DNA of 63,987 nt, counting the filler, from an uncultured bacterium (lineage in GTDB: Bacteria > B130-G9): NCBI GenBank assembly GCA_965372715.1. It is 3 parts of 3 records of this genome, joined end to end, with 100 filler letters (N's around TTAATTAATTAA, not from the genome) between each part and the next. Parts side by side here need not be neighbours in the genome. Positions count along the whole stretch, not along the records: positions 1 to 30,537 come from CBDVDH010000047.1; positions 30,638 to 61,019 come from CBDVDH010000048.1; 1 more part is not named here. One strand, written 5' to 3'. The position numbers and the translations under genes are program-made. Of the stretch, positions 27,076 through 37,039 are shown in pieces. A model generated the notes under the pieces. That model searched no databases. It saw nothing but the letters and a program-made list of their open reading frames with translations, and was not told the origin of the DNA. Numbering within the stretch: the first letter of the stretch is position 1; each line of letters starts with the position of its first letter.

Positions 27076-29271
27076 CTACTTAATGTACAAGCAGCTCCCA
27101 CCAAGATTGCTACAAGGCGTTAGTGAATCAGGATCAAACAGCATAATATAGAACGTGTTGCATCCCTTCGGACAGAGCGACGTGTCAATCGTCGCAAGCT
27201 CGAAATCCTCTATCGAGAAGCCAGCCTCAAGCGTGAACGGGACGAGCGTAAGCTCCGGCCCCCAATCGGGGTAGTAGAGCATCTCTCCGCTTGGCGAGAC
27301 GACCGCGATCGCGAAGAGGACATCCCGACTGTCCGCGAAATTGGCGCAGGACACGTTCAGCCCAATCGTCTCACTCTGATAAGCGAATCTCGGCACACAG
27401 AGCTGCACGTGGATTGGAGGCGCGAGCGCCTCAACCTTCCCGCCCACTTGCAGCGACGGATCGCCAAACGTCGTGTATTCCATGACGGTCTTCATGTCAT
27501 AGACTGAGGGCGACCACCATCCGCCGATGTAGCCCTCAATGCCCTTTAAGAGCATCTCACCGACCGCGCGATACCCGTCCGTGTGGGCCTTGAGGATCAG
27601 GCGATTCAGCTTGGCCGCGTAGTACATGTTCCAGCTGGCGCCTGAGCCCGCGCCGTAGGCTACCCGCGTCGCGCCGGCGCACGCTATGGCGCCGCCATCG
27701 ACACAGGACACAAACTGCTCGCCGATGCTGTCCCCTATGGCCGGGAATTGCGGATGTTCCCAGTTCTCGTTGTCGAAGCCGTTCGTCTCGCACGCGGCGG
27801 CCGAGACGAACGGGAGCATTTCGGCGTTCGCGAGCTCACCGACTTGGTCTGCGTAAAGATAGTTGCGCATGCCGAATGCCCATGTCTGATAGGTGCCGTG
27901 TCCAACATACGTTGCGAAACCACAGCCCCCACCCACGTTGTCGAGAACACTGCGGTCAGAAAGCGCCGCGTCTCTGTCGAAAGTCGATGTCCTATAGAGC
28001 CTCACGGTGTCATAGTTCGCGAAAACATCCGACGCGAGCTGCTCGCAAGCGTATTCTCCCTCGGGGTCCGGCCCAGAAATCACCGACCCGCACAGAACGG
28101 CCCTCTCGAAATCCGGCGAGTTATCAGAGACCTTCAGCTCGTAGTTGATTATGTGCGCAATCATCAGGTTGAGGTCAGCCTGTCGGCCGGCCGGAAGCCT
28201 TGAGAACAAGACGTCCGGCATGAGATCAACGTGGTCAGCGTTCGGCCTGCTCGATGACGACTCGCCGTATATGTCGTTGCCATTTGCGTCCCAGTCGCAG
28301 AACTCGCCGTCCTCATCGTAAAGGTCCGCGTAATAGAGGTCCGACGGAACTACGTGGCCGTCGGTCACGTTAGAGTAATCGTCGTAGTTGTCCCAGACGT
28401 CGGCATATCGCACCGGGAACTTGTCCGCGTCGCCAACGCCGAGAACGAAGCGCGTCCCGTGGTCCCGGACGTGCTCCGAAATGAAATACTTGAGCTTCTC
28501 GGCGTCATCCGATCCGTGGGCGTTTGCAGCAGCCTCCTCGAGCGTGACGAGGACCGTCTTGAGCCCCGTGAGGTTCTTGTGCACCACAAAACCGTTAAGT
28601 ATCTCCGCGTATTCCTCGGGCGCAACGATGAGCATGTCCCAGGTCTCTTCGCCGCCTTTTATATCGCGCTCTTCGCCCTCCAGGGTGTAGGATACGCTGA
28701 TCTTGGCTGACGAGAGCGACCGCAGCTTCATCTCGCTCGCAAGGTATCTCACCGGATAAACACCGATCGTTACGAACTTCTTGAAGCTCCAGTCGTCAAC
28801 GTCACGTCCGCCGCTCACCCTCACCTGAGCCCAGCAGCTCGGGAACCAGGCCGACTCCTCGAACTCCGGGCTCGCAACCGGCGTAAACAAAGCAGGGTCC
28901 GATAGTGGGACAGGGCCATCTGAGACCCGAATCGGCCCGCCAAGCTCGAACTCCTCGAACTTGGGATCACATACCTCAAGCCGAACGTCCCGCGCCTCGT
29001 ATGGCAGCTTCAAACTCATCGTCTGATACGGCAGCTCCGGACAAGAACAAGCCACAATCCTCTGCTCGCACTCTGAAACATCAATCTGCCGACGATCGTT
29101 AACCTCCGTCACCAATGGTTGAGAGAACTTAACAGGCAGCGTTATGAGCTGCCGAGCACCGGATGAGGCGCCTATTGCCGACTGGCCGATCGAATCCGCA
29201 AGGCAATTCGCGGCAAACGCCGCTACTAAACCTACAACTATCCACACGAAAACTCTTCCTACTCGTGTCAC
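27076..29271 (-). CDS. Secreted C25 (gingipain) family cysteine peptidase with C-terminal Ig-like domain
   Basis: Signal peptide, propeptide, SDLYYADL, SRLP, catalytic YVGHG and AAACETNGFD, FGDPSL. Confidence 0.88.
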   Translation of the reverse strand: MTRVGRVFVWIVVGLVAAFAANCLADSIGQSAIGASSGARQLITLPVKFSQPLVTEVNDRRQIDVSECEQRIVACSCPELPYQTMSLKLPYEARDVRLEVCDPKFEEFELGGPIRVSDGPVPLSDPALFTPVASPEFEESAWFPSCWAQVRVSGGRDVDDWSFKKFVTIGVYPVRYLASEMKLRSLSSAKISVSYTLEGEERDIKGGEETWDMLIVAPEEYAEILNGFVVHKNLTGLKTVLVTLEEAAANAHGSDDAEKLKYFISEHVRDHGTRFVLGVGDADKFPVRYADVWDNYDDYSNVTDGHVVPSDLYYADLYDEDGEFCDWDANGNDIYGESSSSRPNADHVDLMPDVLFSRLPAGRQADLNLMIAHIINYELKVSDNSPDFERAVLCGSVISGPDPEGEYACEQLASDVFANYDTVRLYRTSTFDRDAALSDRSVLDNVGGGCGFATYVGHGTYQTWAFGMRNYLYADQVGELANAEMLPFVSAAACETNGFDNENWEHPQFPAIGDSIGEQFVSCVDGGAIACAGATRVAYGAGSGASWNMYYAAKLNRLILKAHTDGYRAVGEMLLKGIEGYIGGWWSPSVYDMKTVMEYTTFGDPSLQVGGKVEALAPPIHVQLCVPRFAYQSETIGLNVSCANFADSRDVLFAIAVVSPSGEMLYYPDWGPELTLVPFTLEAGFSIEDFELATIDTSLCPKGCNTFYIMLFDPDSLTPCSNLGGSCLYIK

Positions 29272-29324
29272 AAAAGCTCTCCTAAGTTAAGAACGGGAAA
29301 TCCCTCGCCGGGAAATGTCTAAGA

Positions 29325-30359
29325 CTATCTCGAAAGAAGTCGGCTCATTAGTTTTGCTGTAAAATCGACGATTGCGATAAGCCTCGCATACTGCATCCGC
29401 GTCGGCCCCAATACTCCAACAGTTCCGAGCACCTGATTGTTGCACTCGTATGACCCAGCGACTAGCGAGCAGTCGTTGAGTTCCTCAATGTCGCATTCCT
29501 TACCTATGAATATCTTTGGGCCACCGGATAAACATTCATTGAGTATTCGGACTAACCTGGATTTCTCATCCATCGCTATGAGGAGGCCCTTAAGTCGCTC
29601 TATGTCGGCGGAATCCTCGTTAAGGATTATGTTCTGCCTGGTCCCGACATAGACCTTCTCCGCCTCCTCTTTTGTCGGGAACGCCTCCTTCGATATCCGA
29701 AGCGCAAGGTCGAGGAGTAGGTCAAAATGCCGTCGCTCATCATCCATTTGAGCCTGAACCTGCTCGCGTATTTTCAGTAGCGAGTGCCCCTCGAAACGGT
29801 CGTTGACGAGGCGGGCCAGCTTGTCGAGCTGCTCCTGGGAGATCGCCTCGTCGAGTGTGATGATCTTATTAGTCACGATGCCGCTTTCCGCGACGATAAC
29901 GGCAAGGATACGGCGGTCTTGCACATGGATGAAATCGACGTGACGGCAGACGACGCCGGAGAGATCGACCAGCGACACGATGCCCGTCTGCCTGGTGAAG
30001 GTCGATAAGAGCTCCGAAGTCTGCGTGAGCAAATCGTCAACTGACAGCGAGCTATCGTCATACTGCTCGGCAATCGACTTCTTCTCAGCCGGAGTAAGCG
30101 TCTCGCAGGACATCAGGTTGTCAACGAAATACCTGTACCCCTTGTCGGTCGGGATACGTCCGGACGAGGCGTGCGTCTGGCTGACGTAGCCCTCGTCCTC
30201 AAGGTCGGCCATTATGTTTCGTATCGTGGCCGGGCTGAGGCCCAGGCCCGTCTCCTTTGAGGCGGTGCGGGACCCTATGGGTTCGTTCGTGTTGATGTAA
30301 TGCGCGACGACACTCTTGAGCACCTGTCGCTGCCGAGCGTCAAGGCATTCTCGGTTCAT
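29325..30359 (-). CDS. hrcA: Heat-inducible transcription repressor HrcA
   Basis: EPIGSRT, LSPATIRNIMADLE, HASSGRIPTDKGYRYFVD, GVLGPTRMQY. Confidence 0.97.
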   Translation of the reverse strand: MNRECLDARQRQVLKSVVAHYINTNEPIGSRTASKETGLGLSPATIRNIMADLEDEGYVSQTHASSGRIPTDKGYRYFVDNLMSCETLTPAEKKSIAEQYDDSSLSVDDLLTQTSELLSTFTRQTGIVSLVDLSGVVCRHVDFIHVQDRRILAVIVAESGIVTNKIITLDEAISQEQLDKLARLVNDRFEGHSLLKIREQVQAQMDDERRHFDLLLDLALRISKEAFPTKEEAEKVYVGTRQNIILNEDSADIERLKGLLIAMDEKSRLVRILNECLSGGPKIFIGKECDIEELNDCSLVAGSYECNNQVLGTVGVLGPTRMQYARLIAIVDFTAKLMSRLLSR

Positions 30360-30410
30360 ATCTCTTCCCGGTCTCTCACAAACAAGGGCCAACGAATCTC
30401 ACGCCAATAT

Positions 30411-30439
30411 AATATGCGGCATAACGCAAGAGCCGTCAA
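30411..30439 (-). promoter_or_regulatory. Putative sigma70 promoter of hrcA
   Basis: Minus strand TTGACG, 17 nt, CATATT. Confidence 0.45.
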
Positions 30440-30537
30440 GGCCGAGGCTTGAGCCCGAAAAATCAGATTGACGCCGGCGGCCCTGGCCTTTTGGAGTGCG
30501 GCGGCTTGACGCCGCTTTCATTGGTGGTGGCTTGACA

Positions 30538-30637
30538 NNNNNNNNNNNNNNNNNNNNNNNNNNNNNNNNNNNNNNNNNNNNTTAATTAATTAANNNNNNN
30601 NNNNNNNNNNNNNNNNNNNNNNNNNNNNNNNNNNNNN
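30538..30637. other. Assembly gap / artificial contig linker
   Basis: 100-nt block of Ns with central TTAATTAATTAA (stops in all frames). Confidence 0.97.
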
Positions 30638-30753
30638 GGCTGGAAAGCCTGCCCCACACCGACGAGAGTCATGCCCTTGAATTATTCGGGCTGGGACTTT
30701 AGACCTTCGACTTGATTGATCCACGAAGGAACACGACGGACGGAACCGGTTAA

Positions 30754-32913
30754 CTACTCATTTGCCTCTTGACGACTCCCTTTTCGCCGGTTTCCGCCCG
30801 TGGCAGGCTGGAAAGGCCGCCCTACACCCGGCTTTGGACTTCTGGCCAGCGGCAGAAACATGCCCAGGACCGCCCAGAACGCGAAGCTCGGCGAGAACCA
30901 GAACAAGCCGTCGTAGGCGAGGCAGTTGACGCCGAAGCCGAGAATGGATATGCAGACCGCCCAGACGTAGTTGTTCCAGTAACGGTCGCCGGCGGTGGCC
31001 TTCAGCGCCTTCAAGCAGGCCCGCACGACTAGCGCGACGAAGATGAGGAACGTTAGAAGGCCCAGGACGCCAGTCTCCGCGAGTATCATGAACAGGACGT
31101 TGTCGGGGACCTTATATATTCTCAGCGACTCAGGATTCTTCTGGTAGTAATCATCGAAATGCGGCTCGAAATTGCCTATGCCTATCCCACACAGCGGATG
31201 ATCGCGGAGCATTCTCAATGCGCTGATGGCGCCATCGACTCTTTGATTGACCGAGTAAAGCAGCGTGTGGTCGAGTTTCTCGCCTGCCAACTTGACGATC
31301 TCATCCTGTGTTAGGTTGCCCTCCCGAATCAGTTTATCGACATCTTCGACATCGGCGAGGTACTGCTTGTATTGCGGCGTAACGACGATCACCGAGACTG
31401 CCGCGGCGACGGTACCAGCCACGCACAGCACCAAGATCACCCACTTGTATTTGCGGAGGAAATAGACCGCCAGCGCAACAACCAGCGCAACTAGGCTCCC
31501 GTAGGAACAAGCATAGACGAGGCTGATACTGAGAACTGCGACAGACGCGACTGAGAAGATGCGCAGCGACTTGTTTCGCTTCTCGTAAAGCGCAAAAAAC
31601 AGGGCGAGCGGGAGGCATAGGACGAGGAAGGAGCCGAGAACGCTGGGGTCAATGAACGACGACGCAATCGGCATGCCGAACGTGTATTCGACATAGATCG
31701 GCGCGAACGCTCTGTAAAACGTGTCGAAAAGGTAGTTGTGGTCAAGAAAGCCCTCGATCATGCCGTGAAACGCGACCCAGAATGCGGCAATCAAGACCAC
31801 AATCGTGAAGCGCCTCGCAGCGTCGAGGTTGGGTTTTCGGCTGAGAATCCCCCTGCCAAGCATCATGAAAAGCGCCGCTGGGGCAAGGTAATAGATGACC
31901 CTGAGCAGCGCATGGTCCGGGAACCCAGCGTTCTTGCACGACAAGGCCGCCGCTCCGATGAACGCGAGGAAAGCCCATTCAACGGGCGAAAAGTGAAGCA
32001 TTCTGGGACCGATGAACGTCGCCAGCAAGAGCACGAGAAGAGCCAGTATAGTCTCTGGCAGCAGGATATGGACGCCGGCGAGCGGAAACTTGAGATAAGG
32101 GAAGAAATCGAACGGGAATATGGCATTGGCGACAAAGGCAATGGACAGGCCCCAGAAAAGGACTTGCCAGCTCGCACGTCCTGCCCATCCGGCGACCTCC
32201 CAATTCTCGGCGCTCTCCCCTTGCTCCGCCCTGTTGGCGTTCAGAGCGGCCCGGACATTCAGCACGGACAAGATGAGAACCAGCACCAACGGCAAGTAAG
32301 CCAGAAAGACGCGCTTGTTGAGGCCAAACCACTCTCTGTGCGGCATAAGGAGCGACAGGATTTCGGAACTGGGGAAACGCACGAAATCTATCCCGACGGG
32401 TTTAGAAAGCTCGGGCAGAACGAGCTTGAGTTCCGCTATTGCTCCTTGCCACTTGGGGTTCCCGGCAAGGTTGAGCGTTAATTGCTGCCGGACATCACGA
32501 CCGGCGAGGTACTTCAGATTAAAGACGCCGCTCTCGCTTCTTTCGGGGCTGAACTCTTGGTTCTCGCTGCGCCAGAAAATGATGACCTCATGCCGCTCGA
32601 TGTCCGAAAAACCGACGCCGACGTCGATGATCGGCGACCAGGCGGCCGAGACCTCACCTGGCCTCAAAAGAAACGCGATCGCTGAGCTAGAGGCTGACGG
32701 TTCAATGATCAGAGCTCCGTTTGAAACATCACGGAAGCTGCCCTGGACTACGTGGAACTCGCCCGAGAGCTCTTGCGGCGGAAGAGAGAAGTCAAATGAA
32801 ATCGATTGACAGCCAAGTCCCGCAGAAAGGCTCAAGACGGCCAAGCTCGCCGCAGCAAGCAAGGTTAGAAATGAGCTCGTTCGTCGGCGCGTCGCTACAT
32901 AGTATGAAACCAC
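30754..32913 (-). CDS. O-antigen ligase (Wzy_C) family membrane protein with N-terminal extracytoplasmic domain
   Basis: Many TM helices; DHPLCGIGIGNF, PDNVLFMILAETGVLGL. Confidence 0.8.
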   Translation of the reverse strand: MVSYYVATRRRTSSFLTLLAAASLAVLSLSAGLGCQSISFDFSLPPQELSGEFHVVQGSFRDVSNGALIIEPSASSSAIAFLLRPGEVSAAWSPIIDVGVGFSDIERHEVIIFWRSENQEFSPERSESGVFNLKYLAGRDVRQQLTLNLAGNPKWQGAIAELKLVLPELSKPVGIDFVRFPSSEILSLLMPHREWFGLNKRVFLAYLPLVLVLILSVLNVRAALNANRAEQGESAENWEVAGWAGRASWQVLFWGLSIAFVANAIFPFDFFPYLKFPLAGVHILLPETILALLVLLLATFIGPRMLHFSPVEWAFLAFIGAAALSCKNAGFPDHALLRVIYYLAPAALFMMLGRGILSRKPNLDAARRFTIVVLIAAFWVAFHGMIEGFLDHNYLFDTFYRAFAPIYVEYTFGMPIASSFIDPSVLGSFLVLCLPLALFFALYEKRNKSLRIFSVASVAVLSISLVYACSYGSLVALVVALAVYFLRKYKWVILVLCVAGTVAAAVSVIVVTPQYKQYLADVEDVDKLIREGNLTQDEIVKLAGEKLDHTLLYSVNQRVDGAISALRMLRDHPLCGIGIGNFEPHFDDYYQKNPESLRIYKVPDNVLFMILAETGVLGLLTFLIFVALVVRACLKALKATAGDRYWNNYVWAVCISILGFGVNCLAYDGLFWFSPSFAFWAVLGMFLPLARSPKPGVGRPFQPATGGNRRKGSRQEANE

Positions 32914-33250
32914 TTTATAACTCTCCTTAACGAGCCTGAACCGGAGCGAGTTTCAACTGGCATTTAATTGAGGCAATATACCAACGGCTCAAAGAGCGTT
33001 CAACCATTCTGCTTGAGGCGTTTTCGCTCGCCGTTCGTCGAGTCTCCGACGAGGCGGAGGCTCCTCAGGCCCTCAATAATCAGATTGATACGGACAGGAG
33101 GCGACTCAAGTGCCCGATTCATATGATCCTACGATTCGCGATACCAAATCAATCTGATTGTTGGGAGGCGAAGCGCTATTGACAAGACGTTGACAGGAGG
33201 CAAACATCTTCTGCGAAGGGAGGCAGAACTAGAAAGGAGACGTTAAGACT

Positions 33251-34657
33251 ATGTCGAAGGTCCTGATTGTAACGACGGAACTGATACCTTCGCTCCCGTT
33301 TCCGACGGTAGGCGGCGGCCAGCGAGCCTATTCGCTGGGCGAGGGGCTGAAGTCTAAGGGCCACGAGGTCGCATATTCGCTCCCGAGGGAACATTTGGCG
33401 GGCAAGGAGGGTGCGCCCGAGCAGTTGCTGGAGCTCGCTCACGACTTAACCGACATCAACGACGTTGTCGCGAAGGCCTGCCCCGACGTGGTTCTCTTCA
33501 CGACGTCGTATCTCATGCGCTTCTTTTCTGGTTCTTCGCTGCCCGTTGTGCTCGACCTAGCTGCGAACATCGAGCTTGAGGCGATGTTCACGCCTGGCTC
33601 GAACCTTGCTGATGTGTTGATGGGCCGACTGGATCAATATACCAAGGCGGACTTCTTCATACTAGGCAGCCCAAGGCAGGTTCCCTGGTATTCGCCATTC
33701 TGGATGCTCGCGGGGCTGAGGCCTGAACAAGAACCATATACGATCGTGCCCATCTGCTGCTCGCCCAAACTGCCGCCGATTCCTGACCGGCGGGAGATCA
33801 GCTTCATCAGCGCCGGGATGTTCTATCCCTGGCAAGACCCGTTCGACGCGCTGCAAGAGGTCTTATCGGCGCTGGACGCGAGGCAGGCCGGGGAACTCGC
33901 CATTTTCACGGGCAAACATCCAACCTGGACCGATATTCATTCGAGGCTGATCGATCCGAAGTCCAGGCTTGGGGACAGCCAGCGACTCAAGATCAGGGGC
34001 CTTCTGCCGTTCAGCGAAATCGCGTCTGAATGGGGCATGTACAGCTGCGCCATCGACGTCATGAAGCCAAATCTGGAGCGCAGATTGGCCAACCCGATGC
34101 GGACAACGACCTATCTGTGGCTTGGGATTCCGGTCATCATTTCTGACTTCTACGGGGTCTCTGAACTCGTCAGGGAATATGACGCCGGATGGCTTGTTGA
34201 CCCGCTGGAAAAGGGGGCCGTGCGCAGGATCACGCTGGACATCCTTGACAACCCGGACATTCTGAGAGAGAGGGCGGCCAATGCCCAAAGGCTCGTCGCA
34301 GAGGAGCTCATGTGGGACAAACATATCAATGCTCTGGATGAGTTCTGTCGCGCCCCGCGCAAGCTCCCTAAATCAGCAAACCTAGTCAGTATCGTTGCCG
34401 GAGAGCTCACGAGGATGTATGCGGATCATCTTACCATCGCCAAGGAGATTGGCCATATCGAGGGCGAGCTCGAGCACTGCCGCGACGAGGCGAACGCGAT
34501 CGCGAAGGAACTGGAGGCCAGGGGCTCGGAGGTCGCGTATCTGAGGGGGCGTATCGATGACATCCTCAATTCCCGGACATGGCGCACCGCTCAGTTCGTC
34601 AAGCACAAACTGCTACGGATCAGGAAAGACAAGCCTAAAGACCAGAAAGAAGCCTGA
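33251..34657 (+). CDS. Glycosyltransferase (GT4-like) with C-terminal coiled coil
   Basis: GGGQRAYSL...KGHEV, YLWLGIPVI, GWLVDP; coiled coil ending NSRTWR; AAGGAG RBS. Confidence 0.8.
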   Translation: MSKVLIVTTELIPSLPFPTVGGGQRAYSLGEGLKSKGHEVAYSLPREHLAGKEGAPEQLLELAHDLTDINDVVAKACPDVVLFTTSYLMRFFSGSSLPVVLDLAANIELEAMFTPGSNLADVLMGRLDQYTKADFFILGSPRQVPWYSPFWMLAGLRPEQEPYTIVPICCSPKLPPIPDRREISFISAGMFYPWQDPFDALQEVLSALDARQAGELAIFTGKHPTWTDIHSRLIDPKSRLGDSQRLKIRGLLPFSEIASEWGMYSCAIDVMKPNLERRLANPMRTTTYLWLGIPVIISDFYGVSELVREYDAGWLVDPLEKGAVRRITLDILDNPDILRERAANAQRLVAEELMWDKHINALDEFCRAPRKLPKSANLVSIVAGELTRMYADHLTIAKEIGHIEGELEHCRDEANAIAKELEARGSEVAYLRGRIDDILNSRTWRTAQFVKHKLLRIRKDKPKDQKEA

Positions 34658-35513
34658 GAAGCACCTCGCTCATCGTCACGATATCCAGCGCATTGTGGTG
34701 GATGATGTCCTGGATTATCTGAATGTCCTTCGTCCTGACAAAGTCGTGGTAAGCCTTTGGAATCAACTCGCCCGGGATGTCCCCATGCCGCACCCGACGG
34801 CAGACCCGCGCCTCAAGCGTCTGAAGCTTGCAGTTGGGGAACTGGCCCTTGTATCTCCGACGCGCCTCGTGCAAGAGGTCAAAATGGAAATCGGGCGCCG
34901 CGTGTGGAACACCATGATAGACGGCTCTGTCCTTCAGAAATGGCAAATCAAACGACTTACCGTTGAACGTTGTCACGGCGTCGTAGTCCGCCATTTTGGC
35001 CCAGAAGTACTCAAGCACCGGCCTCTCCTCGGAGTAATCCCGAGCCAGAAGCTGCTCCAGTATCATTCGATTGCCCTTCAAATACTGCACGCCGACAAGA
35101 AACACCGGCGCCGCTGACAGGCCGCAGGTCTCAATGTCGAGGTAGAGCAACTTGCGGTGGTCCACCTCGCAGAACTGCCGAACGTCTGGGTGGAGCGTTT
35201 CAAGATCAACGCCTATCGCGCCTCGTTCAAAGACCAAGCAATAATGGGAGACGAATCGCTCGGCCGCCGGCCAGATGTCGGACAAATCCCGCCTTATGAG
35301 GAGGAACTTCCCGTTCTCGGTTTCCACCTCCTGGCCCGGCAGCTCATCCGGCGGGTCGATGAACCCCGTCGAGGATTCGCGGTAGCCCTTCGGCCTCAAG
35401 GCCGCCCGCTCGGGCAAACGCTCGCCCTTGGTTGCCCTACCGGCGGCCGATTTGAGACGACTGCGATTTAGCTCGCCCAGTCGCTTTAGTGATTCCTTGC
35501 TCAGCTTCGACAT
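34635..35513 (-). CDS. RNase H-like exonuclease (YprB / RNase_H_2)
   Basis: LYLDIETCGL, TFNGKSFDLPFL, HFDLLH, HNALDI. Confidence 0.88.
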   Translation of the reverse strand: MSKLSKESLKRLGELNRSRLKSAAGRATKGERLPERAALRPKGYRESSTGFIDPPDELPGQEVETENGKFLLIRRDLSDIWPAAERFVSHYCLVFERGAIGVDLETLHPDVRQFCEVDHRKLLYLDIETCGLSAAPVFLVGVQYLKGNRMILEQLLARDYSEERPVLEYFWAKMADYDAVTTFNGKSFDLPFLKDRAVYHGVPHAAPDFHFDLLHEARRRYKGQFPNCKLQTLEARVCRRVRHGDIPGELIPKAYHDFVRTKDIQIIQDIIHHNALDIVTMSEVLLRLLSGL

Positions 35514-35529
35514 CGCAGCCAGCAACCTC

Positions 35530-36879
35530 TCATTTGACGCTCAGAGCGATCGATTCCGAGCTCACCGAGGCGACCCGTCCATCGATGGACGCGTGAACCG
35601 CCGCGCCAAGCACACCTCGCCTGACATCAGCAATTAGATCGCCTTTTTTGACGTGATCGCCGACGGATACTATCGCAATAGCCGCCTCGCCAACGTGCTG
35701 CGTCAGCGAGACGTTTACCTCGTTGACCCGTAACCGACCTGCGTACTTTGGCGGACTGGCATCGTAACGAGCAACGCCCAGCCTCGTCTTGAGCCGCGAC
35801 GTGGGCAGGCGCCGGTCCCCGTATTCCGGCCGCGGCTCAAACTCGAGCCTATCCGCTTTCGGACGCTGGTATTTCTCCTTCAGGAGCACGTTGACCCGTC
35901 TGGGTGAAATCTCAAGAGGGCACGCATAGAGCGAGCAGATACCGCATTCCGAACAGTAGTGGGACTCGGCAAGAACATCGTCGGAGAGCAACAACTCAAA
36001 GCCCACGCGACGCATCATCAAGTGCGGGCGCAATCGATGGCCCAAAAGATAGCGCGGACAAAGCTCCGTGCAGAAATTGCACTGGTCGCAGACCGATTTA
36101 GCGATTCTGAAGACCCTTTCAAGCGACGACGATCTCTCGACTATCGGCCTTGAATCCTCCGGCAAAACGACGATTGCCGAGGTCGTCTTCGACACGTATG
36201 ACCTCTCCGGGTCAACCACTTCGCCCATCATGACGCCGCCGTCGAGCACTGACAGGCCCTTCAAAGACGTCAGGCCGCAAGCGCGAAGGAGCTCGCTGAA
36301 CGAGGCGCCAATCGGGGCGGACAAGACGGAGGGCCGCGGAACCTCGCCACTGACCGAGACCGTCCGCTCTGTAACAGGCACGCCCTCCACCGCCCGCGCT
36401 ACGTTGTAGAGCGTCACAACGTTCTGCACAACGACGCCGATGTCTATGGGGATGCCGCCCTGTGGCACGATTCGTCCCGTCGCCTCATAAGTCAACACGA
36501 ACTCGTCGCCTACGGGATACACGTCAGGAAGCAGCAGAAGCTCGATTGTGCGATACTCCGAGGTGGCCAGATGCTTTCTGAAAAGCGAGACCTGTTCGTC
36601 GTATCTGCGCTTGAGGGCCAGCACCGCTCGCTTGGCCGAGGTTGCCTGAGCAGCAAGCAACAGGCCATCCAGAACCTCTTTCCCGTGAAGCGCCATCAAC
36701 GCCTGGTCGCTATAGCAGAGCGCGTCGCACTCCGCGCCGTTTGCGATGAGTACATCGGCCTTCGCCGAGAGCTTCACGTGCGTCGGAAAGCCCCCGCCGC
36801 CCGCACCAACGACGCCCGCCGCCCGAACTCTCGCTATAGTCTCATCTCTGCTCGCCATTACTCTGTCAAAAGCCCTCAT
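35530..36879 (-). CDS. PduS/RnfC-like Fe-S flavoprotein (NADH_51K, SLBB, 4Fe-4S, sandwich domain)
   Basis: AGVVGAGGGGFPTHVK, ANGAEC, YPVGDE, CDQCNFCTELCPRYLLGH, CSECGICSLYACP, AVHASIDG. Confidence 0.85.
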   Translation of the reverse strand: MRAFDRVMASRDETIARVRAAGVVGAGGGGFPTHVKLSAKADVLIANGAECDALCYSDQALMALHGKEVLDGLLLAAQATSAKRAVLALKRRYDEQVSLFRKHLATSEYRTIELLLLPDVYPVGDEFVLTYEATGRIVPQGGIPIDIGVVVQNVVTLYNVARAVEGVPVTERTVSVSGEVPRPSVLSAPIGASFSELLRACGLTSLKGLSVLDGGVMMGEVVDPERSYVSKTTSAIVVLPEDSRPIVERSSSLERVFRIAKSVCDQCNFCTELCPRYLLGHRLRPHLMMRRVGFELLLSDDVLAESHYCSECGICSLYACPLEISPRRVNVLLKEKYQRPKADRLEFEPRPEYGDRRLPTSRLKTRLGVARYDASPPKYAGRLRVNEVNVSLTQHVGEAAIAIVSVGDHVKKGDLIADVRRGVLGAAVHASIDGRVASVSSESIALSVK

Positions 36880-37039
36880 CCATTCGCGGCACCAAAAAGG
36901 ACCACGATCTGCGGTAGAATCATACTCCAGAATGACTCAAACGCAAACTCCAGAAACTAGTTTTCTGACATCGGGAGGCAACACAGCGTCGTCTTGTGAT
37001 TCGATCAGCGCCAAGACCACCGGATGACCCCACGCGGAG

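Noticed and set aside
30582-30593. TTAATTAATTAA palindrome inside N runs (also in 61020-61119)
   Set aside because: An artificial contig linker with stops in all frames; not biological.
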